A stretch of DNA of 64,000 bases from an uncultured Thermus sp. (GCA_947085095.1 CAMTVD010000035.1:30035-94034); one strand, 5' to 3'. Positions 40,353 to 51,364 are shown, counted from the first letter of the stretch. Notes: generated from the sequence alone by a model not told the origin. Made by a program: numbers and translations.

Positions 40353-41755
40353 GCGACGTGGACCTGAAGACCCTGGGAGACGAGTACAAGTACGGCTTCG
40401 TGGACGAGGTCAAGCCGGTCTTCGTGGCCGAGCGGGGCCTCTCCCGGCGGGTCATTGAGGCCATCAGCTACCACAAGGGCGAGCCCGAGTGGATGCTGAA
40501 GTTCCGCCTTAGGGCCCTAGAGATCTTCCAGAAGAAGCCCATGCCCACCTGGGGCCCCGACCTCTCGGGCCTGGACCTGGACAACCTGGTCTACTACGTG
40601 AAGCCCGCCGAGGTGCGGGACGCCAGGAGCTGGGAGGAGATCCCCGAGGAGATCCGGAAGACCTACGAGCGCCTGGGCATCCCCGAGGCGGAGCGCAAGG
40701 TCCTGGCCGGGGTGGGGGCCCAGTACGACTCGGAGATGGTCTACCACCGGGTCAAGGAGGAGCTGGAGCGCCAGGGGGTCATCTTCGTGGCCATTGAGGA
40801 GGGGATGAAGAAGTACGAGGACCTCTTCCGGGAGCACTTCGCCAAGGTGGTCCCCCCCGAGGACAACAAGTTCGCCGCCCTGAACTCCGCCGCCTGGTCC
40901 GGGGGCTCCTTCGTCTACGTGCCCCCGGGGGTGAAGGTGGAGCTTCCCCTCCAGGCCTACTTCCGGGTCAACACCCCGGAGTTCGGTCAGTTTGAGCGCA
41001 CCCTCATCATCGTGGACGAGGGGGCGGAGGTGCACTACATTGAGGGGTGCACCGCCCCCATGTACTCCACGGAAAGCCTCCACACCGGGGTCATTGAGAT
41101 CGTGGTGAAGCGGGGAGCCAAGAGCCGCTACACCACCATCCAGAACTGGTCCACCAACATGTACAACCTGGTGACCCAGCGGGCCCTGGTCTACGGGGAG
41201 GCCTACCACGAGTGGCTGGACGGCAACCTGGGCTCCAAGGTCACCATGAAGTACCCCTCCAGCTACCTCCTGGAGCCCGGGGCCCGCACGGAGATCCTCT
41301 CCATCGCCTTCGCCAAGACGGGGCAGCACCAGGACACCGGGGGCAAGATCGTCATGGCCGCCCCCCACACCTCGGGGACCATCGTCTCCAAGAGCATCTC
41401 CAAGGGAGAGGGGCGGGCCAGCTATCGGGGCCTGGTGAAGGTGATGGAAGGGGCCCGCCAGGCCAAGGCCAACGTGGAGTGCGACGCTCTCCTCATTGAC
41501 CCGGAAAGCCGGACGGACACCTACCCCTACATTGAGATTGAGGACGACTCCGCCCACGTGGGCCACGAGGCCACCGTCTCCAAGATCAACGACGAGCAGA
41601 TCTTCTACCTGCAAACCCGGGGCCTCAAGGAGGACGAGGCCGCGGCCCTGATCGTGCGGGGCTTCATTGAGCCCATCGCCAAGGAGCTACCCCTGGAGTA
41701 CGCCGTGGAGCTGAACCGCCTCATTGAGCTGGAGATGGAGGGTTCCGTCGGCTAA
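40349..41755 (+). CDS. sufB: Fe-S assembly scaffold
   Basis: [25 protein letters not shown]. Confidence 0.97.
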   Translation: MSDVDLKTLGDEYKYGFVDEVKPVFVAERGLSRRVIEAISYHKGEPEWMLKFRLRALEIFQKKPMPTWGPDLSGLDLDNLVYYVKPAEVRDARSWEEIPEEIRKTYERLGIPEAERKVLAGVGAQYDSEMVYHRVKEELERQGVIFVAIEEGMKKYEDLFREHFAKVVPPEDNKFAALNSAAWSGGSFVYVPPGVKVELPLQAYFRVNTPEFGQFERTLIIVDEGAEVHYIEGCTAPMYSTESLHTGVIEIVVKRGAKSRYTTIQNWSTNMYNLVTQRALVYGEAYHEWLDGNLGSKVTMKYPSSYLLEPGARTEILSIAFAKTGQHQDTGGKIVMAAPHTSGTIVSKSISKGEGRASYRGLVKVMEGARQAKANVECDALLIDPESRTDTYPYIEIEDDSAHVGHEATVSKINDEQIFYLQTRGLKEDEAAALIVRGFIEPIAKELPLEYAVELNRLIELEMEGSVG

Positions 41756-41785
41756 AGGCCGAGGCTTGCCGCGCAAGGAGGCAGG

Positions 41786-43081
41786 ATGCTGGTACTGGAC
41801 AAGACGCAAGTGCAAGCTATATCCCACGCCCTAGGGGAGCCCGCCTGGGTGCTCAAGAAGCGGCTTGAGGCCCTCGAGGCCTTCGCCCGCCTCCCCTACC
41901 CCAGCAAGAAGGACGAGAACTGGCGCTACACCGACCTCTCCGAGGCCCCCTTGGAGAGCCCGGTGGAAACCCCCAAAAGGCTCCACCTCACCCGGGACAC
42001 CCTGCCCGAGGTGGTGCGGCGGCGGCTGGAGAAGACCGATGTCTCCGCCTTCCTGGTCTTTGTGGGGCCCGACCTCGTCTACCGGGAGGTGCCCGAGGAG
42101 CTAGAGGCCAAAGGCCTCGTCCTCACCTCCCTGGCCGAGGCCATGCGCCTTTACCCGGGAAAGGTGGAGGCCACCCTCTTCGGGGCGGTCTTCACCGAGG
42201 ACAAGTTCGCCGCGGAGAACAGCGCCTTCTTCACCCACGGGGCCTTCCTCTACCTGCCCGCGGGGCTGGAGGTGGAGAAGCCCGTGGGGGTCTTCAAGGT
42301 GCTCCTGGAGGGGAACCAGGCCTCTGCGGGGCGGAGCCTCATCTTCCTGGAGGACAACGCCAAGGCCGCCTACATCGAAGAGTACCTCTCCTTGGACCTC
42401 CCCCCCACCCTGCACCTCTCCGCCACGGAGATGGTCTTGAGGCCTGGAGCCCGGCTGCGCCACGCCCACGTGCAAACCCTGGGCGACGGGGTCTGGCACT
42501 TCCACCGGCAAAGGGCCCTGCTGGAGCGGGATGCCGCCTTAAACGACCTGGTGGTCAACCTGGGCGGGCGCTACGCCAGGAGTGAGGTGGCCTCGGAGCT
42601 ATTGGGCCCGGGAGCGGAAAGCGAGATGCTGGGGCTTTACTTCGGCCACGGCCTCCAGCACTTCGACCACTACACCCTGCAGCACCACGTGGAGCACCAT
42701 ACCCGAAGCGACCTCCTCTACAAGGGAGCGGTGAAGGACGAGGCCCGGGCGGTCTTTTCCGGCCTCATCAAGCTGGAACGGGGGGCCCAGAAGACCGACG
42801 CCTACCAGGCCAACCGCAACCTCATCCTCTCCCCCACCGCCCGGGTGGACTCCATCCCCCAGCTGGAGATCGGGGCCAACGACGTGCGTTGCACCCACGG
42901 CAGCACCACCGCCCCCGTGGACGAGATGCAACTCTTCTACCTGCAGTCCCGGGGGCTTTCCCGTAGCCTGGCCCAGGAGCTTTTGGTCAAGGCCCACCTG
43001 GCGGACGTCCTTAACCGCATTCCTCTAAAGGCCTTAAGGGCCCACCTCGAGGCGGTCATCGAGGAAAAGGTGCGCATCTAA
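41786..43081 (+). CDS. sufD: Fe-S assembly protein
   Basis: ENWRYT, PQLEI..NDVRCTHG, FYLQSRG. Confidence 0.95.
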   Translation: MLVLDKTQVQAISHALGEPAWVLKKRLEALEAFARLPYPSKKDENWRYTDLSEAPLESPVETPKRLHLTRDTLPEVVRRRLEKTDVSAFLVFVGPDLVYREVPEELEAKGLVLTSLAEAMRLYPGKVEATLFGAVFTEDKFAAENSAFFTHGAFLYLPAGLEVEKPVGVFKVLLEGNQASAGRSLIFLEDNAKAAYIEEYLSLDLPPTLHLSATEMVLRPGARLRHAHVQTLGDGVWHFHRQRALLERDAALNDLVVNLGGRYARSEVASELLGPGAESEMLGLYFGHGLQHFDHYTLQHHVEHHTRSDLLYKGAVKDEARAVFSGLIKLERGAQKTDAYQANRNLILSPTARVDSIPQLEIGANDVRCTHGSTTAPVDEMQLFYLQSRGLSRSLAQELLVKAHLADVLNRIPLKALRAHLEAVIEEKVRI

Positions 43082-43084
43082 GCC

Positions 43085-43387
43085 ATGTGGACCCCGGTAG
43101 CCCGGCTGAGCGAGCTACAAAACGGCCGCCTGGTGGTGAAGCGGCCCGAGCACAAGAAGCCCATCCTCCTCCTCTACACCGGGGAGGAGGTCTTCGCCCT
43201 GGAGGACATCTGCACCCACGACGGCGGCCCCCTCCACGAGGGGGATGTGGAAGACGGCCAGATCGTCTGCCCCCGGCACGGGGCCCGCTTCGACCTGAAA
43301 ACAGGCCGGCAGACCCTTCCCGCCCCCAGGCCCGTCAAGGTCTTCCCCGCCAAGCTGGAGGGGGATACCATCCTTCTGGACCTATAG
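43085..43387 (+). CDS. Rieske-type ferredoxin
   Basis: CTH...CPRHG Rieske motif, directly after sufD. Confidence 0.92.
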   Translation: MWTPVARLSELQNGRLVVKRPEHKKPILLLYTGEEVFALEDICTHDGGPLHEGDVEDGQIVCPRHGARFDLKTGRQTLPAPRPVKVFPAKLEGDTILLDL

Positions 43388-43404
43388 ACGCCCATCCCGT
43401 CCGC

Positions 43405-43433
43405 AAGGCCCCAAGGAGGACTTGGGGCCTTTG
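43405..43433 (+). terminator. Hairpin/terminator after the Rieske gene
   Basis: AAGGCCCCAAG-GAGGA-CTTGGGGCCTTT. Confidence 0.6.
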
Positions 43434-43436
43434 TCC

Positions 43437-43492
43437 TTGACGGCGGGCGGAAGAAGCGCTAGGGTGAGAGTACCCACCCCACCTGGGGTGGG
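43437..43492 (+). promoter_or_regulatory. copZ-csoR-copA promoter with probable CsoR operator
   Basis: TTGACG-N17-TAGGGT followed by inverted repeat CCCACCCCA-CC-TGGGGTGGG (C/G tracts typical of CsoR sites). Confidence 0.75.
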
Positions 43493-43504
43493 GGGAGGTA
43501 AGGG

Positions 43505-43705
43505 ATGCTGAAGCTCAAGGTAGAAGGCATGACCTGCAACCACTGCGTGATGTCGGTGAAAAAGGCGCTTCTTAAGGTACCCGGGGTGGAGAAGGTCGAG
43601 GTGAGCCTGGAACGGGCCGAGGCCCTAGTGGAGGGCAAGGCGGACCCTGAGGCCTTGATCCGGGCCGTGGAAGAGGAAGGCTACCGGGCCGCCCTGGCGG
43701 GCTAA
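43505..43705 (+). CDS. copZ: Copper chaperone
   Basis: GMTCNHC HMA domain, 66 aa. Confidence 0.93.
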   Translation: MLKLKVEGMTCNHCVMSVKKALLKVPGVEKVEVSLERAEALVEGKADPEALIRAVEEEGYRAALAG

Positions 43706-43714
43706 GGAGGCCCT

Positions 43715-43999
43715 GTGCCCCGCCACCCCCTCCACCTGGACCCCAAGGTGCGGGAAGAGGCCAAAAGGCGCCTCCTCTCCGCCAAGGGCCACCTCGAGGG
43801 CATCCTGCGCATGCTGGAGGATCCCCACGTCTACTGCGTGGACGTGCTGAAGCAACTCAAGGCGGTGGAGGGTGCCCTGGACCGGGTGGGGGAGATGGTC
43901 CTAAGGGCCCACCTCCGGGACCACGTGGCCACCGCCCACGAGCGGGGGGACGTGGAGGAAATCGTGGAGGAACTGATGGAGGCCCTCAAGTACCGTTGA
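43715..43999 (+). CDS. csoR: Copper-sensing repressor
   Basis: [24 protein letters not shown]; between copZ and copA. Confidence 0.92.
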   Translation: MPRHPLHLDPKVREEAKRRLLSAKGHLEGILRMLEDPHVYCVDVLKQLKAVEGALDRVGEMVLRAHLRDHVATAHERGDVEEIVEELMEALKYR

Positions 44000-44085
44000 T
44001 CCCACCCGGTCCAGGGCGGGGCAGAAGCCCAAGGGCACACCAGCCCGGGGAAAGCAAAGGGGTTTCCGCTAGGAGGTATGAAGCT

Positions 44086-46461
44086 ATGGCATTGGAAGTG
44101 AAAGTAGGGGTAAAGGGAATGACCTGCGCCTCGTGCGTGGCGCGGGTGGAAAGGGCCTTAAAGAGGGCCCCGGGCGTGGAGGAAGCCCGGGTCAACCTCA
44201 CCACCGAGGAAGCCTTCTTGCGACTGCAAGAAGGCGTGGACCTGGGCGAGGTGCTCAAGCAGGTGGAGGAGGCAGGTTACGAACCCGTGGTGGCCCGGGC
44301 GGAGATCCCCGTAAAGGGCATGACCTGCGCCGCCTGCGTGGCCCGGGTGGAACGGGCCTTGAAGAAGCTACCCGGGGTGCTTTCCGCCCACGTGAACCTG
44401 GCCACGGAGAAGGCCTTCGTGGAGTACCTCCCGGACACCGTGACCCTGCCCCGCCTGCGCCAGGCCATCCGGGATGCAGGGTACGAGCCCCTGGAGGTGG
44501 TCCAGGAGGAAAAACGGGCCCCCGCTTATCCCTTGGACCTCCTCATCGCCCTGCCCTTTGCCTTCCTCACCTTTCTCCTAGCCATGGGGCCCATGCTTCT
44601 TCCCCTTCCCCACCTCCCTCCGCTTTTGCAGGTCCTCACCGCCCTCCCTGTCCTTTACGCGGGTAGGCGCTTCTTCCGCCAGGCCCTGGCGGAGATCCGG
44701 CACCGCTCCCTGGGCATGAGCACCCTGGTGGCCCTGGGGGCGGGAAGCGCCTACCTTTACTCCTTTTTGGTCCTCCTCTTCCCCACCCTGTTCCCCGAGG
44801 AGGCCCGCCATCTTTATCTGGAAGCAGGAGCGGTGATCCTGGCCCTGATCCTTTTGGGCAAGCACCTGGAGGAAAAGGCCAAGGGGAAGGCCTCGGAGGC
44901 CATCCGCAAGCTCCTGGCCTTGAGGCCCAAGACCGCCCGGGTGGTTCAGGAAGGGGAGGAAAGGGAAATCCCCGCCGAGGCCCTCATCCCCGGGGATCTG
45001 GTGCGGGTGCTTCCCGGGGAGCGCATCCCCGCAGATGGGGTGGTGGTGGAGGGCTTTAGCCACGTGGACGAGGCCATGCTCACCGGGGAGCCCATTCCCA
45101 AGGTCAAAAAGCCCGGGGATGAGGTGGTGGGGGGTACGGTGAACGGGGAAGGAGCCCTCCTGGTGCGGGTCAGCCGGGTGGGGGAGGCCACGGTCCTGGC
45201 CCAGATGGCCCGCCTGGTGGAGGAAGCCCAGGCCTACAAGCCCCGGGTGCAGGAGGTGGCGGACCGCATCGCCAGCGTCTTCGTGCCCATCGTGCTCATC
45301 ATCGCCCTTATCACCTTTACCCTTTGGATTCTCTATGGCCCCGGCCTCTCCTACGCCTTCGTGGCCGTCCTTTCCGTGCTCCTCATCGCCTGCCCTTGCG
45401 CCATGGGCCTCGCCACCCCAGCGGCCATCGCTGTGGCCACGGGGCGGGCGGCCCAGCTCGGCCTCCTCTTCCGCAAGGGCCAGGCCATCGAAGGCCTCGC
45501 CCGGGCGGATACCGTGGTCCTGGACAAGACCGGGACCCTGACCCAAGGGAAGCCCACCCTCACGGAACGCCTGGGGTTTGCCCTAAGCCCTGAGGAGGCC
45601 TTGCGCCTCGCCGCCGCCTTGGAGCGGGGAAGCGAACACCCCATCGCCAAGGCGGTTCTGGAGGCAGCCAGGGATCTCAGCCTGCCCGAGGCCGAAGGGG
45701 TGCGGGCCCTGCCCGGGGAGGGCATCGAGGGAGTGGTGGAGGGGAAGAAGCTTTACCTGGGGGGCCCAGCCCTGATGGAGAGGCTTGGGGTGGCGCTTCC
45801 CAAGGAGGCCTGGGAGCTATCCGAAAAGGGCTACACCCCCCTTTACCTGGCGGATGGGGAGAGGCTTTTGGCCGCCTTCGGGGTCTTTGACCCCCCCAAG
45901 CCCGAGGCGCGAAGGGTGGTGGCCGCTTTAAAGGCCCTGGGCCTCAAACCCGTCCTCCTCACCGGGGACCACCCCATCCCGGCCAGGCGGGTGGCCGAGA
46001 CCTTGGGCATAGAGGAGGTGCTGGCCGGGGTGCGCCCTGAGGGTAAGGTGGAGGCCATACGGCACCTCCAGGCCCAGGGGCGGAAGGTGATCTTTGTGGG
46101 GGACGGCATCAACGACGCCGCCGCCTTGGCCCAGGCCGATGCGGGCATTGCCCTGGCCACGGGCACGGACATCGCCGTGGAGGCAGGGGATGTCATCCTG
46201 CTTTCTCCGAGCCTGGAAAGCTTGGTGGACGCCATCCTTCTGGCACGGCGTACCCTTCGGACCATCTACCTCAACTTCTTCTGGGCCTACGCCTACAACA
46301 TCCTCCTCATCCCCGTGGCGGCCGGGGCTCTTTACCCCTTCACGGGGCTTCTTCTGAACCCCATGCTGGCGGCCGGTGCCATGACCCTCTCCAGCCTCTT
46401 CGTGCTCAGCAACTCCTTGAGGCTAAAAGGGTTCCAGCCAAGGAGCTTTACCGTAGCTTAA
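44086..46461 (+). CDS. copA: Cu(I)-exporting P1B-1 ATPase
   Basis: Two GMTCxxC domains, TGE, CPC, DKTGT, GDGIND, YN and MxxSS. Confidence 0.95.
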   Translation: MALEVKVGVKGMTCASCVARVERALKRAPGVEEARVNLTTEEAFLRLQEGVDLGEVLKQVEEAGYEPVVARAEIPVKGMTCAACVARVERALKKLPGVLSAHVNLATEKAFVEYLPDTVTLPRLRQAIRDAGYEPLEVVQEEKRAPAYPLDLLIALPFAFLTFLLAMGPMLLPLPHLPPLLQVLTALPVLYAGRRFFRQALAEIRHRSLGMSTLVALGAGSAYLYSFLVLLFPTLFPEEARHLYLEAGAVILALILLGKHLEEKAKGKASEAIRKLLALRPKTARVVQEGEEREIPAEALIPGDLVRVLPGERIPADGVVVEGFSHVDEAMLTGEPIPKVKKPGDEVVGGTVNGEGALLVRVSRVGEATVLAQMARLVEEAQAYKPRVQEVADRIASVFVPIVLIIALITFTLWILYGPGLSYAFVAVLSVLLIACPCAMGLATPAAIAVATGRAAQLGLLFRKGQAIEGLARADTVVLDKTGTLTQGKPTLTERLGFALSPEEALRLAAALERGSEHPIAKAVLEAARDLSLPEAEGVRALPGEGIEGVVEGKKLYLGGPALMERLGVALPKEAWELSEKGYTPLYLADGERLLAAFGVFDPPKPEARRVVAALKALGLKPVLLTGDHPIPARRVAETLGIEEVLAGVRPEGKVEAIRHLQAQGRKVIFVGDGINDAAALAQADAGIALATGTDIAVEAGDVILLSPSLESLVDAILLARRTLRTIYLNFFWAYAYNILLIPVAAGALYPFTGLLLNPMLAAGAMTLSSLFVLSNSLRLKGFQPRSFTVA

Positions 46462-46478
46462 TCCGCCGAGGCTAAGCT
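46446..46478 (+). promoter_or_regulatory. Direct-repeat promoter element, copy 1
   Basis: CTTTAC-CGTA-GCTTAA-N11-TAAGCT upstream of the SHOCT/two-component operon. Confidence 0.75.
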
Positions 46479-46498
46479 GGAACTAGGAGGTGAAAGGT

Positions 46499-46711
46499 AT
46501 GTGGTGGTGCGACCACGGTGGGTACCTGGGCTGGTGGGGGCCCCTCTTAAGCCTCCTTTGGTTCGCCCTCCTAGGCCTCTTGGTCTACTGGATCGTCAGG
46601 ACCTTAGCCCCTGAGCGGCGGGACCGGGCCTTAGAGGTGCTAAGGGAGCGCTACGCCAGGGGGGAGATCGACAAGGAAACCTTTGAGCGGATGAAGCGGG
46701 ACCTGGCATGA
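46499..46711 (+). CDS. Small membrane protein with SHOCT domain
   Basis: One TM helix, then ALEVLRERYARGEIDKETF; AGGAGG 8 nt before ATG. Confidence 0.85.
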   Translation: MWWCDHGGYLGWWGPLLSLLWFALLGLLVYWIVRTLAPERRDRALEVLRERYARGEIDKETFERMKRDLA

Positions 46712-47385
46712 AGGTCCTCCTGGCGGACGACGACCCGGCCCTCCTCGAGGTCCTCGGGGCCTACCTCGAGGGGGCCGGGTTTGAGGTCCTCGTGGCGGAG
46801 GACGGGGAGAAAGCCCTGGAGCTCTTCCCCACCGCCGATCTCGTCATCCTGGACCTGATGCTCCCCAAGGTGGGGGGCTTGGAGGTGGCCCGCATCCTGC
46901 GAAGGGAGCGCCCCGAGCTTCCCCTCCTCATCCTCACCGCCAAGGGGGAGGAGGAGGACCGCGTCCTAGGCCTGGAGCTCGGGGCCGACGACTACGTGGT
47001 CAAGCCCTTTAGCCCTAAGGAGGTGGTGGCCCGGGTCAAGGCCCTGTTGCGCCGAGCCGGGCTTAAGGAAGAGCTCGTTTACGGCCCCTTACGCATCCTC
47101 CCCAAGGCCCGCCAGGCCTACCTGGAGGGCAGACCCCTCTCCCTTTCCCGGCTGGAGTTTGACCTCCTTTTGACCCTCGCCCAGCACCCGGGGATGGTCT
47201 TCAGCCGGGAAAGGCTTTTGGAGAAGGTCTGGGGACCGGACTTTCCGGGCGTGGACCGGGTGGTGGACGTGCACATTGCCTCTCTCCGAAAAAAGCTCGG
47301 GGACGACCCGGAAAACCCCCGCTTCCTGGAGACGGTGCGGGGCGTGGGCTACCGCTTCAAGGACCTGGATGCGCCTCTTCCTTAA
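46708..47385 (+). CDS. OmpR-family response regulator
   Basis: DDD, LDLMLP, LTAK, KPF receiver; winged helix ending ETVRGVGYRF. Confidence 0.95.
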   Translation: MKVLLADDDPALLEVLGAYLEGAGFEVLVAEDGEKALELFPTADLVILDLMLPKVGGLEVARILRRERPELPLLILTAKGEEEDRVLGLELGADDYVVKPFSPKEVVARVKALLRRAGLKEELVYGPLRILPKARQAYLEGRPLSLSRLEFDLLLTLAQHPGMVFSRERLLEKVWGPDFPGVDRVVDVHIASLRKKLGDDPENPRFLETVRGVGYRFKDLDAPLP

Positions 47386-48490
47386 GCTCTTTCTGAGCCA
47401 CCTTCTGGTGGCCCTGCTCGCCCTTGGGCTTCTCCTGCTCCTGGCCGAGGCCTTCGCCCCCGCCTTCTACCGGGGGCACGTGGAGCGCATGTACCACGCC
47501 CTGGCCATGATGGGCGGGGGCATGATGGCCGAGGCCCTAAGGCAGGACCTGGAAAAGGGCCTGCGCTCCACCCTCACCGCCGCCCTCCTCTCCGCCCTCC
47601 CCCTTTCCGCCTTGGGGGCCCTTCTCACCGCCCTTTTCGCCAGCCTCCGCCTTTATCGCACCGCAAGGCTTCTCGCCGAGGGGAGCCGGCGCATGGCCCA
47701 GGGGGAGTACGGAATCCGGCTTCCCCTCTTGGAGCGGGACGAGCTCGGGGAGCTTGCCCTCCACTTCAACCGCCTGGCCGAGGCCTTGGAGAAGGTGGAG
47801 CGAACCCGGGCCGAGCTCATCGGCACCGTGGCCCACGAGCTCAGGACCCCCTTGGCCGCCCTCCAAGGCTACGCCGAGGGGCTTATGGACGGGGTCCTCT
47901 CCAAAGAAAAGGCGGCCGAAGGGATCCTGCGGGAGGTCAAGGCCCTGGGGCGCCTGGTGGAGGACCTCTCCCTCGTCTCCCGGGTGGAGGCGAAGGCGGT
48001 GGAGATCCGCCCCAGGCCCTTGGACCCCAAAGGCCTGCTTGAAGAGGCCTTCACCCGCTTCCAAAGCGCCTTCCAGGCCAAGGGGGTGGCGCTTCGCCTG
48101 GAGGCGCCGGAGGGGCTTTCCCCGGTGTGGGCCGACGAGGAAAGGGTCCTCCAGGTGCTGGCCAACCTCCTCACCAACGCCCTCCGCCACACGCCCCCAG
48201 GCGGCGAGGTGTGCCTTGGGGCCTTCCGCCAGGGGGAGGCTGTGGCCTTCCAGGTGGAGGACACCGGACCCGGCATCCCCCCGGAGCACCTGCCCCACAT
48301 CTTTGAGCGCTTCTACCGGGTGGACAAGGCCCGCAGCCGCAAGGAGGGAGGAAGCGGGGTGGGGCTCACCGTCGCCAAGGGCCTGGTGGAGGCCATGGGG
48401 GGAAGGATCTTCGTGGAAAGCCAAGTGGGCCAGGGAAGTCGTTTCACCTTCACCCTTCCCCTTTACAAGGGCTTAACATCCCAAGGCTAG
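47369..48490 (+). CDS. HAMP-domain sensor histidine kinase with a Met/His-rich extracytoplasmic loop
   Basis: HELRTPL, NLLTNA, DTGPGI, GSGVGL; loop HVERMYHALAMMGGGMM. Confidence 0.95.
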   Translation: MRLFLKLFLSHLLVALLALGLLLLLAEAFAPAFYRGHVERMYHALAMMGGGMMAEALRQDLEKGLRSTLTAALLSALPLSALGALLTALFASLRLYRTARLLAEGSRRMAQGEYGIRLPLLERDELGELALHFNRLAEALEKVERTRAELIGTVAHELRTPLAALQGYAEGLMDGVLSKEKAAEGILREVKALGRLVEDLSLVSRVEAKAVEIRPRPLDPKGLLEEAFTRFQSAFQAKGVALRLEAPEGLSPVWADEERVLQVLANLLTNALRHTPPGGEVCLGAFRQGEAVAFQVEDTGPGIPPEHLPHIFERFYRVDKARSRKEGGSGVGLTVAKGLVEAMGGRIFVESQVGQGSRFTFTLPLYKGLTSQG

Positions 48491-48493
48491 GGT
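48461..48493 (+). promoter_or_regulatory. Direct-repeat promoter element, copy 2
   Basis: CTTTAC-AAGG-GCTTAA-N11-TAGGGT, 7 nt before the cueP ATG. Confidence 0.8.
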
Positions 48494-48500
48494 AAAGGGC

Positions 48501-49019
48501 ATGAGAAAGACGTTGGCGTTCCTAGGCGTGGCGTTGGCCTTGGGACTGGCCCAGGCCCCTAGCCCTGAGGCCCTCAAGGGCCTGGGGCCCGAAGAGGCCC
48601 TGGCCCTGGCCAAGCGGTGGCGGGAAGAAGGGCAAAGGGTGGTGAGCTACGTGACCCCTGAGGCCTTCTTCTTCGAGTTCCCGGACGGCCGCAAGGCCCA
48701 GGTGGCCCTCAAGGACCGCTTCCTCCTGGCGGTGGCCCCCTATGTCAGCCGCACCCACCCCTGCCAGGTCCACTACTTTTCCAGCTGCACCGGGGAGCTA
48801 CAGGAGGAGGTATTTCTGGTGCGGGTGCTGGAGGGGGAAAAGGAGGTGCTCAAGACCCAGGTCAAGACAGGAAAGGACGGCTTCTTTGAGCTTTGGTTGC
48901 CCCGGAACCGCCGCTACACTCTGGAGATCCGCTTTGGAAATCTGGTGGCCACAGGGCCCGTGGCCACCTTCAGCCAAAGCCCCACCTGCCTGACCGGCTT
49001 CCGCCTTGCCTCGCGGTAG
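48501..49019 (+). CDS. cueP: CueP-family periplasmic copper-binding protein
   Basis: Signal peptide, APYVSRTHPC..H..SCTGEL, GFFELWLPRN, PTCLT. Confidence 0.82.
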   Translation: MRKTLAFLGVALALGLAQAPSPEALKGLGPEEALALAKRWREEGQRVVSYVTPEAFFFEFPDGRKAQVALKDRFLLAVAPYVSRTHPCQVHYFSSCTGELQEEVFLVRVLEGEKEVLKTQVKTGKDGFFELWLPRNRRYTLEIRFGNLVATGPVATFSQSPTCLTGFRLASR

Positions 49020-49025
49020 AACGCC

Positions 49026-49781
49026 ATGCGCCCTCTCGCCCTCCTTCTCACCCTGGGCCTTGCCCTAGCCCAAACCTCCTTGGGCCCGGTGCCTACCCGG
49101 GACGTCCACGCCCTTTTATGGCACCCCTCGGGAGCCTTGCTCCTGGGCCACCACGACGGCATTGTTCTCTGGAATAACAGCACCCCCCAGGACCTGGTGC
49201 GGCGGCGGGACTGGGACGCCATGAACCTGGCCTGGGACGGCAGGCGCCTCCTGGTTGCCGGGCACTGGATTCTTGCGGAAAGCCAGGATCTCAAGCGCTT
49301 CCGCGACCTAAAGCCCAAGGGCCTTCCCGCCTTGGACCTCCACGCCTATGCCGTAAATCCCAAGAAGCCCGAGGTCCACTACACCCTCGAGGCCACCTAC
49401 GGTTACCTCCGCAGCCAGGATGGAGGGCAGAGTTTTGCCAAGCTTCCCGCCCAGGGCCTGCCCAAGGCGGGGATGGCCTTTTTACTGGTGGACCAAAAAG
49501 GGCGCCTCTGGGCCTCCCTTATGGAAAGAGGGCTCTTCCTGAGCGAGGACGGGGGCCAAAGCTTCCGCCCCCTCCCCTCCCCAGACCCTGCCCCGGGACC
49601 CTTGGCCCTCTCCCCCTCCGGCACCCTGTACCTAGGAGGGCAGCTTGGAATATGGCAACGAACAGAAGTGGGCTGGCGCAGGCTCTGGCAGGGTACGGTG
49701 CTGGCCTTGGCCGCCCATCCCCAGCAGGAGGGTTTACTGGCCTGGGTGGACGGGAAGGGCACCCTCTGGCGGGGGCGCTAA
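49026..49781 (+). CDS. Secreted BNR/Asp-box beta-propeller-like protein
   Basis: Signal peptide, DVHAL, GHHDG, DLHA, two S.DGGQSF Asp boxes. Confidence 0.75.
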   Translation: MRPLALLLTLGLALAQTSLGPVPTRDVHALLWHPSGALLLGHHDGIVLWNNSTPQDLVRRRDWDAMNLAWDGRRLLVAGHWILAESQDLKRFRDLKPKGLPALDLHAYAVNPKKPEVHYTLEATYGYLRSQDGGQSFAKLPAQGLPKAGMAFLLVDQKGRLWASLMERGLFLSEDGGQSFRPLPSPDPAPGPLALSPSGTLYLGGQLGIWQRTEVGWRRLWQGTVLALAAHPQQEGLLAWVDGKGTLWRGR

Positions 49782-49784
49782 GGG

Positions 49785-50440
49785 CTATTCCTTCCAGGCC
49801 ACCCCGGCCACATGGGGGGCCACCAGGGGAAGGGGCAAAGCGAAGGACGCTGCCTCCACCCGGGCAAACCCGGCCTCCCGGATAAGGGCCAGGGTTTCCC
49901 GGTTGGGATGGCAACCATCCCCCAGAAGGGCCCAAGGGGAACAGAGGAAATCCTGGGCCCGGCGAAGGCAGGAACCCCGGTCACGCGAAGCGTACCTTGA
50001 GGGGCGGCCACGTGTTCCAAAAAGACGAAACGCCCCCCGGGCTTCAACACCCTGAGGATCTCCGCCAACGCCCGCCTGGGATCCTCCACCGAGCACAGGA
50101 CCAAGGTGGCCACCACGGCCTCCACGCTTCCCTCCGGCAGGGGGATGGCCTCCGCCTGACCTAAAAGAACATCGCCGGAAAGCCCCCTGAGGCTTAGAGC
50201 CCGCCGGAGGTGGGGGTGGAAGTAGGGATTGGGCTCGAGGCCAATCCAGTAGACCCCATCCGGCAGGTAGGCCAGGTTGACCCCCGTTCCCGGGCCGATC
50301 TCCAACACCGTGCCCGCCAGGTCTCCCAAAAGCCTCCTCCGCCAAGGCTCGCTTACGTGGGCGTGCCCCTGGGAAAGGGTGGGTAGCAGTGCGGCGAAGA
50401 ACCGAGCCCTTAAGCCCCCCTTAGCCCCCATGCTTCCCAT
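49785..50440 (-). pseudogene. Class I SAM-dependent methyltransferase, frameshifted by a 20-bp insertion
   Basis: LEIGPGTG, LVLCSV, RVLKPGG.FVFLEHV in one frame; GCHPNRE C-terminus in another; removing 49981-50000 joins them in frame. Confidence 0.85.
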
Positions 50441-50441
50441 G

Positions 50442-51266
50442 CTAGAGGTTCCAGTAAAGCACCGTGTCCAAAAGCCCCAGGGCCACGAAGACCACCCCTG
50501 CGCCCCTTAGAAGGACGCTTCCCGCAAGGCGCATCCCCCTCAAGGCCTGGCCCCGGCTCATGCGGGCGAAAAGGAAGAGCAGGAAACCCAGGGGAAAGCC
50601 CGTCCCCAGGGCGAAGAGAAGGGGAAAGAGAAACCCAAAGGGAGAGGCCAGGGCCAAGGGAAGTAGAAGCCCGAAGAAAAGCCAGAAGAGGGTAGGGCAG
50701 AAGGCCAAGCCGTAAACCCCGCCCAAAGCTAAGGGCCCAAGAAGTCCACCCCACGCCTCCACCCGGGCCACCCAGCCCTCCGATGCCGCCCAGGCCAGGG
50801 GCCAGCGCACCACCCCCAAGAGGCCCAAGCCCACCAGGACCATGAAGGGGCCAAGGGCCAAGCGCACCGGGCGGAAGACCGCCCCGGGGTTGTCCAGGGA
50901 CCCGCCTAGCAAGAAGAGGACCACTCCGGCAAGCACCAGGTAGGTGAGGGCCTTCCCCAGGAGAAAGGCCAGAAACCTGGGCCAGACCCTTCCCTGAATA
51001 GCGGAAGGAGCCAGGTAGGCCAGGGCACTGGCCCCCGTGGTGATCTGGCAGGGAGCGAAGGCCGCCAGGACTCCCAGGAGAAAAGCGGAAAGCCATGGCA
51101 CCCCCACCTCCCGCCTCAGCCCGTCCACCCACGGGGCCAAGAGGGCGTATAAGGAGTTGGCTACCCGGTAAAGCTCCCAGGATACCTCTTTCAGTAACCC
51201 ACTTCCCAAGGCCAACCCAATCAGGACCAGGAAAGCGAAACCAAGCCCCACGTATCCTCTCGGCAT
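50442..51266 (-). CDS. CcdA/DsbD-like (UreH/TauE-like) membrane protein
   Basis: Multi-TM with FAPC and AFCP membrane Cys motifs. Confidence 0.75.
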   Translation of the reverse strand: MPRGYVGLGFAFLVLIGLALGSGLLKEVSWELYRVANSLYALLAPWVDGLRREVGVPWLSAFLLGVLAAFAPCQITTGASALAYLAPSAIQGRVWPRFLAFLLGKALTYLVLAGVVLFLLGGSLDNPGAVFRPVRLALGPFMVLVGLGLLGVVRWPLAWAASEGWVARVEAWGGLLGPLALGGVYGLAFCPTLFWLFFGLLLPLALASPFGFLFPLLFALGTGFPLGFLLFLFARMSRGQALRGMRLAGSVLLRGAGVVFVALGLLDTVLYWNL

Positions 51267-51274
51267 CTACGTAA

Positions 51275-51347
51275 AGACTAGGGGCCCAATGTTAAGCCCA
51301 GGTAAAGCCAGCTCCTTTACGCCAGCTTAACAGTACCGGTCTAGGGT
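51275..51347. promoter_or_regulatory. Back-to-back direct-repeat promoter elements, copies 3 (minus) and 4 (plus)
   Basis: Minus: CTTTAC-CTGG-GCTTAA-N11-TAGTCT (51307..51275); plus: CTTTAC-GCCA-GCTTAA-N11-TAGGGT (51315..51347). Confidence 0.8.
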
Positions 51348-51364
51348 ATAGGTGGAGGTGGATC

